A stretch of DNA of 64,000 nucleotides, taken from positions 32,001 through 96,000 of the forward strand of contig CAVUWV010000019.1 of the NCBI GenBank assembly GCA_963745075.1, written 5' to 3'. This DNA comes from Candidatus Hydrogenedentota bacterium (GTDB lineage Bacteria > Hydrogenedentota > Hydrogenedentia > Hydrogenedentales > SLHB01). The position numbers were made by a program, and so were the translations under genes. Shown in pieces: positions 46,663-55,024 of this stretch. Under the pieces are notes generated by a model, which had not been told where the DNA came from, ran no database searches, and worked only from the letters and a program-made list of their open reading frames with translations. Positions within the stretch are counted from its first letter, which is position 1; the number at the start of each line of letters is the position of its first letter.

Positions 46663-47454
46663 ATGCAGACTTTCACCTCAATAAGCAAAGGCTTGCTAAT
46701 CGCGTGCATCGTCGTGTTGGGGGGAGCGACGGCACACGCGCAAGAGCGCACCATCAATTTGGAGCCTCCGGGCCCGCGAGAATTCATCCTCGACCGCGCG
46801 GGCCTAGTCAATGACGCGGATCGAGAACAAATCCGTACGATCGGTGATTCTCTGCTATCGGAAAAAGGGATTCCGATTGTCGTGGTTACGATCGAATCCA
46901 TGGCGCAGTATGGTCCGCCCGGAATTCGTATCGAAACATTTGCGACGCTGCTCTTCGACCAATGGGGCATCGGCTATAAGGAGGTGGGCGGTCAATCGTG
47001 GAATCGGGGGATCCTGCTTCTCGTCTCAGCCCAGGACCATAAAGCGCGCATCGAACTCGGCGCGGATTGGGGGCATGAGTTCGATCCGGTCTGCCAGAAG
47101 ATCATGGATGAGCAAGTTGTCTTCCGATTCAAACAAGGCCAGTTTTCCGCGGGGATTCTGGCGGGCGTAGAAAGTCTCGATCGAATGGCCCGCGGCATCC
47201 CGTTGCCGACGCGGCCACGTCCGTGGTGGCACTACGCGCTGGTGGTGGGCTTTATCGGTCTTGCAATTTTCACGATCGTATCCCTGATCCGCCGCGGTGC
47301 AAGCGGTTGGGCGTGGGTGTTCTGGGCCGCCATCTTCGGAATACTCGGGTTCATTCTCTATCAAGCGCTGACCAACAGTGGGCGTGGCGGGTTTTCCGGT
47401 GGATCGTTTGGCGGTGGATTCTCGGGCGGCGGTGGGGCCACGGGATCCTGGTAG
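46663..47454 (+). CDS. TPM domain (YgcG-like) membrane protein
   Basis: ILDRAGLV, LFDQWGIG, GILLLVS, RIELG, Gly-rich tail GGGFSGGGGATGSW. Confidence 0.9.
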   Translation: MQTFTSISKGLLIACIVVLGGATAHAQERTINLEPPGPREFILDRAGLVNDADREQIRTIGDSLLSEKGIPIVVVTIESMAQYGPPGIRIETFATLLFDQWGIGYKEVGGQSWNRGILLLVSAQDHKARIELGADWGHEFDPVCQKIMDEQVVFRFKQGQFSAGILAGVESLDRMARGIPLPTRPRPWWHYALVVGFIGLAIFTIVSLIRRGASGWAWVFWAAIFGILGFILYQALTNSGRGGFSGGSFGGGFSGGGGATGSW

Positions 47455-47478
47455 CGCCTGCAAAGGGAGCAACGGCAG

Positions 47479-48159
47479 ATGCCGCGAGCGACAACATACT
47501 TTACGGACGAACAGCGAAGGGCGGTCGAAGCTGCCGTGGCCGAGGCGGAGAGCAAGACCTCTGCGGAAATCGTGCCCGTCGTCGCTGCGTCGTCCGGACG
47601 TTACGACCGGCCCGAAGATATCGTTGGGCTTTTTGCCGGTCTCGTGCTCGTGGGGATCTCGTGGGCGTTCCTGCCGGCGGATACGCTGAACCGAACGGGG
47701 TCGTGGGACAGCGTAGCGATTCCGTACACGTTGCCGGTACTGATTCTTGCGATGGTCGTCGGGTTCGCTGCAGGTGCGATCGTCGCTTCTCAAATTGAAT
47801 GGCTTCGCATGTTGTTTACCCCATCGAATCAAATGCGCGACGAGGTGAACGCACGGGCACGGCAAGTCTTCTTCGACGATCGCGTGCACCATACCGCGGG
47901 CGCCACCGGGTTGTTATTCTACGTGTCGTTGTACGAACGGACCGCAGTCCTTCTCGGCGACGCTGCGGTTGCGGATAAGCTGGGACAACCCGCGCTGGAC
48001 GCGTTGTGTGCGGACCTCGTGCGGGAAATTCGTGAAGGGGATATTGCCTCTGCGCTCGCCAACGCCATTCGCAAAGCCGGTGAACAGTTGGAACCGGTTC
48101 TGCCTCGCGAATCCGACGACGTGAACGAACTCGCCGATACCCTCATTCTAATGGACTGA
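47479..48159 (+). CDS. TPM-domain membrane protein (second type)
   Basis: AESKTSAEIVPVV, HHTAGATGLLFYVSLYER, D.NEL.D. Confidence 0.85.
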   Translation: MPRATTYFTDEQRRAVEAAVAEAESKTSAEIVPVVAASSGRYDRPEDIVGLFAGLVLVGISWAFLPADTLNRTGSWDSVAIPYTLPVLILAMVVGFAAGAIVASQIEWLRMLFTPSNQMRDEVNARARQVFFDDRVHHTAGATGLLFYVSLYERTAVLLGDAAVADKLGQPALDALCADLVREIREGDIASALANAIRKAGEQLEPVLPRESDDVNELADTLILMD

Positions 48160-48168
48160 TCGTTTCCC

Positions 48169-49980
48169 TTACTGATAGAAGGCCTTCAGCGCCTCGACGT
48201 AGGCTTCCGCAAACCGCTGGCGCCACCAGGGCTGGGACACCCATTTGCAGTCGGTGGGGTTGGTGAGGTTGGCGCACTCAATCAACACTTTCGTGGGGAC
48301 CATGGTGTTGCGCAGGACCGCCACCACGTACTCTTTTCCGCCGTCCTGGCGTATCACACGGCGGATGGGATCGCCCACGCTGTGCCGTTTGATCCGCGCT
48401 TTGCCGAGTTGGTCCAAGAGGGTTACGGCGAAGTTGCGGGACAATGCCTCATCGCGGCGACGCTCATCCGCTGTGGACCGGGCCTCCGGTTGCTCTTTGT
48501 ACTCTGCGTATTGGTCGTACGCCCCGGGCGGCCATCCTGTCTCACGATCCTTGCGCCACGCGGCGCCCGGCAGGTACACCATCGCGCCGCGTAGTTTGGC
48601 GTTAAACAGGGCGTCGCAGTGAAAACTGGTGAAGATGATTTTGCGGGGGTCCACACCGGCTACCGTTTCTTTGCGGTAGATCGAGTTGGCGAGATACCAG
48701 CGGAGATTGGCTGAGATCTTGGCGTTCTCGTTCCAGTAACTTGGTGTGGTCAGAACCTTCTCATCTTTGTCGAACTGGAAACGATCGATATCTTGCGGTT
48801 CGTATCCTTGATCCGGATCCAGCATGGTCACATAGACTTTGGCGCGCGTCTGCGTTTCAAGGATGAGTTTTACGCGGCACATGATATCGTAATTGATTTC
48901 GTCCTCGTACAACGTATAGGTATGGTTCAGTTGATCGGTTCCCTTGTCCTTGCCGCCGTGCCCCGGATCGAGAATCACCACCACGCCCTCGAGATCTTTG
49001 CTGGTGACCTGGCCGCGCAACCGGTTCGCTTCGGCGATGCTCGCTTCGTACTCTTCCCGTTCCCGGCTGCCTTTCGGCTTGAACCGGTCCGACAGCAAGT
49101 CGACGGGGATGAAGATTTCCGTGCCCGGTTTCATGTCGTGGACGTCTTTGATCCGGCTTTCTTCTTGAACGGTGTCGCAGGCGGTCAGAATGTCGGCGTT
49201 TTCACGAAGGTCGGTGAACCGCACGATCACGGCGGTATAGAGGGCTTCGCCGGGCTTCAACCGGTACACGGCATATCGCGTCGATCCGCGGCGCGTGTAC
49301 GAGAGTTCCTCGGCGGCTTTCGACAAGTCCAATTCGCTAGGCTCGGACTCCGCCTTCTCGAGATCTTCCACCAGCGGGGTTTCGGTTGGTTCCCGCATCA
49401 CATCCAGCAGGAGTTCTTTGGGGAAGAGGATTTGCTGACCAGCTTGCAGATTCTCGGAGGAGAGGTTGTTCCGTTTTGCGATGGCCTCGTGATTCGTACC
49501 CTTGCCCGTGAGCCACTCGCACAAGGTCCACAGGGTTTCCTGGTCGGGTCCACCCTCGATGACAGTGTGGTGCCATCCTTTCTCGTCGACGAAATCCGCG
49601 CCGAAGACGGAGAGCAGTACGTTGCGGCGTGCGGCGGGGTTGAGTTGGCTGAAGGGGATGGCGACAGCGCCTTTGCCCGCGTAGGTTTTCCAGTTGGCGC
49701 CCTCGTCAAGGTATCGCTCCAGGAACCCTTGAGCTGCCTTGCCGCTCGGAGGCCGGCATTCGAGGAACAAAACGCGCCCGTTCCGGAGGGAAGCCGTTGT
49801 GTACTCGTCGACTTCTTCACGCACGGTATCCGACAGGGCGGACGGCGTTCCGGCCATCCAGATGAGCAGCAGACTGAGCAGCGCCCGGCAGGCAGGGCCA
49901 CGGAAATCGCGCCACCGCTTGTGCAGGGCGGTCGCTCGATCGGTACGAGCGGCACGTTGTTTTTCAGTTTCAAACTTCAC
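48169..49980 (-). CDS. N-acetylmuramoyl-L-alanine amidase (Amidase_3) with LysM-like domains
   Basis: ILDPGHGG, E..IN, SFHCDA, VLIECANL; LysM-like ETLWTL...NNL...LQAGQQILFP and YRLKPGEAL...PGTEIFIP. Confidence 0.85.
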   Translation of the reverse strand: MKFETEKQRAARTDRATALHKRWRDFRGPACRALLSLLLIWMAGTPSALSDTVREEVDEYTTASLRNGRVLFLECRPPSGKAAQGFLERYLDEGANWKTYAGKGAVAIPFSQLNPAARRNVLLSVFGADFVDEKGWHHTVIEGGPDQETLWTLCEWLTGKGTNHEAIAKRNNLSSENLQAGQQILFPKELLLDVMREPTETPLVEDLEKAESEPSELDLSKAAEELSYTRRGSTRYAVYRLKPGEALYTAVIVRFTDLRENADILTACDTVQEESRIKDVHDMKPGTEIFIPVDLLSDRFKPKGSREREEYEASIAEANRLRGQVTSKDLEGVVVILDPGHGGKDKGTDQLNHTYTLYEDEINYDIMCRVKLILETQTRAKVYVTMLDPDQGYEPQDIDRFQFDKDEKVLTTPSYWNENAKISANLRWYLANSIYRKETVAGVDPRKIIFTSFHCDALFNAKLRGAMVYLPGAAWRKDRETGWPPGAYDQYAEYKEQPEARSTADERRRDEALSRNFAVTLLDQLGKARIKRHSVGDPIRRVIRQDGGKEYVVAVLRNTMVPTKVLIECANLTNPTDCKWVSQPWWRQRFAEAYVEALKAFYQ

Positions 49981-50020
49981 GCAAGCACATACTCCGGAGA
50001 ACGCCCATTGGGGACGCTAT

Positions 50021-50036
50021 ATACAATATATTGTGT
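50021..50036. promoter_or_regulatory. NrdR-box-like palindrome overlapping the putative amidase promoter
   Basis: ATACAATATATTGTGT, 15/16 to ACACWATATATWGTGT; minus-strand TTGACG(50051)-17-TATTGT overlaps it. Confidence 0.45.
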
Positions 50037-50231
50037 GTGACCGCTCGTCAATAGTAAACCTGTAGAAAATACCGCAAGATGCAGGATCTGGGCGGCTGAG
50101 ATTGCTATGGGTTGTATATCAATTTGTTAGGGTGGTTGTAAATGATTGAAAAACAATAACTTATAAGCTGATCGTTAGGTGGTGTGTAGCGACGGGGTGA
50201 TGGAATTCCGATTGTGGAACGAAGTGAGCAA

Positions 50232-50870
50232 TTACGGCGCGGGATATATTTCCCGGAGCCGGTACCAGGCGTAGCGCGAGATCGCATGGCGCACATCGGG
50301 GTCGAGAGACACAAACCGTACGCCGAAAAGCCGGCTGCCCGGGCTTGACGATTGGGTCTCGTCCGAGATGTGCACGACTTGGCCGAGAATCCGCAACAAG
50401 GGCTCGCCGGGAAGGGAAAGGGTAAGTTCCAGGGTCGTGCTGAAATCGAAAGGCGCGTCAGATTCGATCAGTGCGCCGCCGGCACTAAGATTCAAGAGGC
50501 TGGCATCATAGCGGCGGACGTGAACCTGGTCCTTCACCTGCACGGTCAGGTCGGTCGGCACGCGGCACGCATCACGATGTTGGGTACGACGAGATTCGTT
50601 CGGTTTGGTGAGTAGCAGACCGGAATCGTTCTTGGCGGGACCCTCGATAACTTCCGCTTCGAAGCTGTCAAACCCGTCCGCATCATGGAAATCGAGGCTG
50701 ACCGTCATCCCGGGGACGGGATAATCCCTTCCGGGAAACGAAACGCGAATGGAATTTTCTCCCACCTCGAGGAGATCCACGAGGAAGTACTGGCCAATGA
50801 CGTTCAGGAGACAGGTGCTCCCGGCGCGCATTTCCATTCGCAGTCGTTGGTCGGATTTCTTCTCGCTCAT
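50232..50870 (-). CDS. PilZ domain protein (YcgR-like two-domain)
   Basis: QHRDACR (RxxxR) and NLSAGG; GVRF; N-terminal degenerate beta domain. Confidence 0.85.
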   Translation of the reverse strand: MSEKKSDQRLRMEMRAGSTCLLNVIGQYFLVDLLEVGENSIRVSFPGRDYPVPGMTVSLDFHDADGFDSFEAEVIEGPAKNDSGLLLTKPNESRRTQHRDACRVPTDLTVQVKDQVHVRRYDASLLNLSAGGALIESDAPFDFSTTLELTLSLPGEPLLRILGQVVHISDETQSSSPGSRLFGVRFVSLDPDVRHAISRYAWYRLREIYPAP

Positions 50871-50930
50871 GGATACCCCTCGGCTGGTTCGATACGAATC
50901 TTATCACAGCATTGGGAACTCATCAATGAG

Positions 50931-51521
50931 TCAGGACCCGGCTTGGGCAACCGCACCGGCGTCGGCGGCGATTTCGGCGGCGATTTCTTCGAGTCCCTTG
51001 GACAGGGTCTCCACGACGGCGGCAGGCTCGGCCGCGTTCGCGGGGAGCGTAACTTCGTATAGTTTCCGCAACAAGGGGGTGTCGTAGCGGCTGGCGCCTT
51101 CGTTCCGCAGGTCCAGCTCCAGTTTGATGTGGGCGTCGGCGCCGTCCGGCCGGTCCACTTGCTCGAAGGCCAGGATCGTTCCCGACACGGCGATGGTTCT
51201 TCGTTGGGGATCGGGGTCGCCGAATTCCGCTTGCAGCTTTTCCGGGATCAATTCACTCAGGGTCGCCGCCCATCGATCCAAGGCGTAGTACTCGATTTGC
51301 GTCGGGGACTTTTTGACGAGGATGTCGGTCCGGGTGAGCGCATCGTGGGGACGCAAGCGGTCGACCTCGATGTTGCAGTCCGGGTGCACCGTGCCGGAGG
51401 GCGTCATGTTGAGCGTGTAATACCGCGGTTCGGGCGTGTGCGCGCAGCCTCCGGCGAACGGCACGAGGAGAAGCCCCAGAATTGCGAACCCCACCATTCG
51501 ATTGTCCACGAGCAATCGCAT
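50931..51521 (-). CDS. PqiC-like ABC transport auxiliary lipoprotein
   Basis: Lipobox FAGGC, PRYYTL, RWAATL; follows mlaD. Confidence 0.85.
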   Translation of the reverse strand: MRLLVDNRMVGFAILGLLLVPFAGGCAHTPEPRYYTLNMTPSGTVHPDCNIEVDRLRPHDALTRTDILVKKSPTQIEYYALDRWAATLSELIPEKLQAEFGDPDPQRRTIAVSGTILAFEQVDRPDGADAHIKLELDLRNEGASRYDTPLLRKLYEVTLPANAAEPAAVVETLSKGLEEIAAEIAADAGAVAQAGS

Positions 51522-52535
51522 TTACTCTGCCTTTCTGCCTTGTGGCCCGGCGCCGCGGATGACGGATTGCGGCTCCTCAGCGATGGTTCGTGAGAAGTCG
51601 CGCAAGTGCCGTACCGTCTCCCGTAAGTCGATCAAGGTATCCTCGAGGATGGGCCGATTGTCGATAAGCGTGCCATTGGCTTCTCCCGAGAGTGATGCGG
51701 CGTTGTCGAGCGTCTTCTGCAAGCTGGCGGTAATGTTGTCGAGTTCATTGGAAACGGATTCCACCCGATCGAGGATGGGCGGGACCTTCTTCAGCGCGGC
51801 CTGGAGGTCGCTCTTGCTTTCACCGACCGCGTCGTGCACCTCCGCCATCAGATCGCGGGTCGAATCGCTGACTTCCTTCACGCGATCCAAAATATCCTGA
51901 ATATCGTCCCGGTAGTCGTTGACCGAGTCCCGCACATCGGTCACGAGGCCCGTGCCTTCCGTAACCGCGCCGTCGAGGTTATCCATAATCGAGGCGACCG
52001 TGGTATCCAGTTCGCCGTTTTCCGATTTCTTTTGGGCGTCTTCGACTCCCAGTAAGGCCTGCACGTCCTTGATCACGGATTGGATCGTGCCTGCGAGTTG
52101 CCCGGCCTGATCGAGCAGCCCGCCTTCACGCACGGATATTTCGGCGCCATCCGGCAGCAACGGGGCGTCTTCTTTGCCGGTCGAAATCTCGAGGTGTTTC
52201 TCCGCGGTAAGGGTGGTCTGGCCCACGTAGGCGATGCTTTCTTCGTTTACGCGCAACTCGGGCGGGACTACCGCCTCGACGAGAATCTTTTCGGGTTGAC
52301 CGGGGTCGGTTTCGATATTGCGGACGCGGCCCACTTTCAAGCCGCCGAAACGCACGTCGGCGCCCTTGTTCAGACCGAGCGTGTCCTTGAAATAACAGTG
52401 AAAAACATGTTCGTTTGACGGAGGGCGGAATCCCTCGATAACGGCAAGAAATATGGCGAACGCCGCAATGCTTGCCAGGACGAGTGCGCCGGCCTTGATT
52501 TCGGCCGCGGTAAAATCATGTTTTTTAGCGGGCAT
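51522..52535 (-). CDS. mlaD: MlaD/MCE family protein with helical C-terminus
   Basis: N-terminal TM, GLNKGADVRFGGLKVGRV, long helical tail, EEPQSVIRG. Confidence 0.9.
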   Translation of the reverse strand: MPAKKHDFTAAEIKAGALVLASIAAFAIFLAVIEGFRPPSNEHVFHCYFKDTLGLNKGADVRFGGLKVGRVRNIETDPGQPEKILVEAVVPPELRVNEESIAYVGQTTLTAEKHLEISTGKEDAPLLPDGAEISVREGGLLDQAGQLAGTIQSVIKDVQALLGVEDAQKKSENGELDTTVASIMDNLDGAVTEGTGLVTDVRDSVNDYRDDIQDILDRVKEVSDSTRDLMAEVHDAVGESKSDLQAALKKVPPILDRVESVSNELDNITASLQKTLDNAASLSGEANGTLIDNRPILEDTLIDLRETVRHLRDFSRTIAEEPQSVIRGAGPQGRKAE

Positions 52536-52565
52536 ACCTTCCTTCTATTCCATACGCATGTATTG

Positions 52566-53384
52566 TCACGTCGCGGGACGAGGCGCGTCAACGCCCATCA
52601 ACGAGCGCACGTACTCGTCGCGGAAGTCTCCCTCTTCGTCCGGCCGGCGATCGAAGAATTGTTTCACGAAGGGATCGGTCGACGTTTGCAATTCCTCGAT
52701 GGTCCCCGAACTGACGATGCGCCCCGCGTTCAGCATGCAGACGGTGTCGGCGATGAGCCGGACGCTGGCCATCTCATGAGTGACTACCACGCTGGTCAAA
52801 TTAAACGTACTCTGCATCTTTCGAATCAACATGTCCAATCCGGCCGCGACGATGGGGTCCAGCCCGGCCGAGGGCTCGTCGTAGAAGATGATCTCGGGGT
52901 CCATGGCCATGGCGCGCGCGAGTCCGGCCCGCTTTTTCATACCACCACTCAGTTCGGACGGCAGGTAATCCTCGAACCCGTTCAGGCCGACCAGGGCGAG
53001 CTTGATCTTGGTTTGAATTTCGATGGTCGAACTTGCCAGGCGCGTGTGTTCGCGCAAAGGGAGCGCCACGTTGTCGGCCAACGATATGGAATTGAACAAC
53101 GCAGAACCCTGGAAACACATGCCGATTCGTTTGCGGACTTCGATGCGTTCTTCGTCGCTCATGGCGGTGAAGTCCTGCCCGTTGATCAGGATCTGTCCCG
53201 AGTACGGGCGCATGAGACCAACCAGATTGCGCAGGAGGGTGCTCTTGCCGCACCCGCTGCCGCCAAGTATCACGAAGGTCTCTCCGCGCCGGACCTTGAA
53301 GTTCAAACCATCCAGAACCGTGCGTTCCCCATACTTCACCACGAGGTCGCGGACTTCGATGATGTGGTCGTTTGTGTCGTTCAT
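52566..53384 (-). CDS. mlaF: MlaF-type ABC ATPase
   Basis: GGSGCGKS, FQGSALF, LSGGMKKRAGLARA, YDEPSAGLDP, VTHE, DPFVKQF. Confidence 0.92.
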   Translation of the reverse strand: MNDTNDHIIEVRDLVVKYGERTVLDGLNFKVRRGETFVILGGSGCGKSTLLRNLVGLMRPYSGQILINGQDFTAMSDEERIEVRKRIGMCFQGSALFNSISLADNVALPLREHTRLASSTIEIQTKIKLALVGLNGFEDYLPSELSGGMKKRAGLARAMAMDPEIIFYDEPSAGLDPIVAAGLDMLIRKMQSTFNLTSVVVTHEMASVRLIADTVCMLNAGRIVSSGTIEELQTSTDPFVKQFFDRRPDEEGDFRDEYVRSLMGVDAPRPAT

Positions 53385-53387
53385 GAT

Positions 53388-54185
53388 CTAGAAGAAAAAC
53401 AACGCTGTAAATACCAGGTCCACCAGAATGATAAGAAAGATCGATGTCACCACCGATGACGTGGTCATTTTGCCGACGCCCTCGGCGCCGCCTTCCACCT
53501 GAAAACCGCGATACACGCCAACCCAACAAATTACCACCGCGAAGAAAACGCTTTTCGTCATGCCGGTGGCGAAATCCCTTATTTGGAGGGCGTGGGCGGT
53601 GTTGCTCAGATACAAGTCCGAGTCGACGCCCAGCGCCGTGACCGACAGCGCGTACCCGCCGAGGATCATGATGAACGTGGCGAGAATCGTCAGGCTGGGT
53701 ATCGCGACCAGCATGGCGAGAAACTTGGGCACGATCAGGAATTTGGTCGGGTTCAGGCCCATCACTTCCAGAGCGTCGATTTCCTCGGCGACTTTCATGG
53801 TGCCGATTTCCGCCGCGATGGCGGACCCGCTGCGCCCCGTGAGCAGGATGGCCGTCATCAGGGGCGCGAGTTCGCGCATGGCCGCCACGCCAACCAGGTT
53901 GGCGATGTACTGGGTCGCGCCGAACCGGGCCAACTGGTAGGCGGACTGCATCGCCATGATAGCGCCGATCAGGAAACAAATGAGCGCGACGATGGGCAGC
54001 GAATTGACGCCGTAGTCCACCAGGTTCCATACCACGGCCTTCACACGCAACCCCTTGCCACGAAACGGCTGGATAAGGGTCCAGTTCAACGTCTCGACCA
54101 TGAGCACACCGACGCGGGACAGCGCATACAACCCATTCAGGCTGATCCGGCCCGTGGCGCCGAGCGTGTAGGTCACGGCCGTCAT
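53388..54185 (-). CDS. mlaE: MlaE-type ABC permease
   Basis: RELAPLMTAILLTGRSGSAIAAEIGTMKVAEEIDALEVMG, GGAEGVG..TT.SVV. Confidence 0.93.
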   Translation of the reverse strand: MTAVTYTLGATGRISLNGLYALSRVGVLMVETLNWTLIQPFRGKGLRVKAVVWNLVDYGVNSLPIVALICFLIGAIMAMQSAYQLARFGATQYIANLVGVAAMRELAPLMTAILLTGRSGSAIAAEIGTMKVAEEIDALEVMGLNPTKFLIVPKFLAMLVAIPSLTILATFIMILGGYALSVTALGVDSDLYLSNTAHALQIRDFATGMTKSVFFAVVICWVGVYRGFQVEGGAEGVGKMTTSSVVTSIFLIILVDLVFTALFFF

Positions 54186-54499
54186 TGATCCCCCCGGATG
54201 GTAAACACGGTATCCAGACGAGACAGTTGGAGGACTTTCATGACGGCCTGAGAGGGCGCAACGAGGGTAAACGTGGTCCCGGTTCCGAGCGCAGAACGGT
54301 ATCCCTCGACCAGGGTGGCGACGCCGGAACTGTCCATGTAGGGGACGCCACGGAGGTCCACCGATACGGCGCCGCCGGATTTGGGCATGGCTTTGGTCAC
54401 GGCGCTGCGGAGGTCCGGCGAACTGTAGAGATCGACCTCGCCCCGGACCACGATCACCCAGGATCCCGCGCCGCCCTGCGTTTCAATTTCGAGTGCCAT
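54182..54499 (-). CDS. STAS anti-sigma-factor antagonist (RsbV/SpoIIAA- or MlaB-like)
   Basis: GEVDLYSSPDLR, DLRGVPYMDSSGVATLV; ATGA overlap with mlaE. Confidence 0.9.
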   Translation of the reverse strand: MALEIETQGGAGSWVIVVRGEVDLYSSPDLRSAVTKAMPKSGGAVSVDLRGVPYMDSSGVATLVEGYRSALGTGTTFTLVAPSQAVMKVLQLSRLDTVFTIRGDQ

Positions 54500-54508
54500 T
54501 ACTGCGTC

Positions 54509-55024
54509 CTATCCATCCTGTGCGCGGCGCGCGGTTTCGTCCGTCTGCGACGGATTCGCAAGCCGCATCGTCACGCGGTTCCCGCATTTTTGCCCCGGTT
54601 CGAATATGACTTCGTCAAATATGCGATGCATGAGTTGCACGCCGAGTCCTCCGGGCCGCACCATGCGCTTATCGGGCGCCGGCGGGAACTCGTTCTTGCG
54701 GCAACGATCCAAATCGAGCGGAACGCCATCGTCACTGAGTTCGATGACGATCCAATCCGGCTCGCGCCGAAGCGCGAGATACACGCGCCGGTCACAGCAG
54801 CCGCCGTAGGAATGGCGAATCGAGTTGGCGCAGGCCTCATCCACCGCCAGTACGACCGCATCGGCCTTTTCGCCGGTGATGCCCGCCGTGGCGAGATAGC
54901 CCCGGACCAGACCGCGCACAGCGTTCAGCAAGCGTGGATCCGACACCAGGTTCATGCGAATGTCATCTGGTTCCACGGTCGGCTCTCCGGCATTTACGTT
55001 GCCGAACCCGGGAGCGATCCTCAC
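54509..55024 (-). CDS. RsbW-like anti-sigma / Ser kinase (HATPase_c_2)
   Basis: LAVDEACANSIRHSY (N box), DDG, GGLGV; GTGA overlap with the phosphatase stop. Confidence 0.88.
   Translation of the reverse strand: MRIAPGFGNVNAGEPTVEPDDIRMNLVSDPRLLNAVRGLVRGYLATAGITGEKADAVVLAVDEACANSIRHSYGGCCDRRVYLALRREPDWIVIELSDDGVPLDLDRCRKNEFPPAPDKRMVRPGGLGVQLMHRIFDEVIFEPGQKCGNRVTMRLANPSQTDETARRAQDG

Noticed and set aside
48793..50040. 415-aa plus-strand ORF
   Set aside because: Antisense shadow of the amidase.
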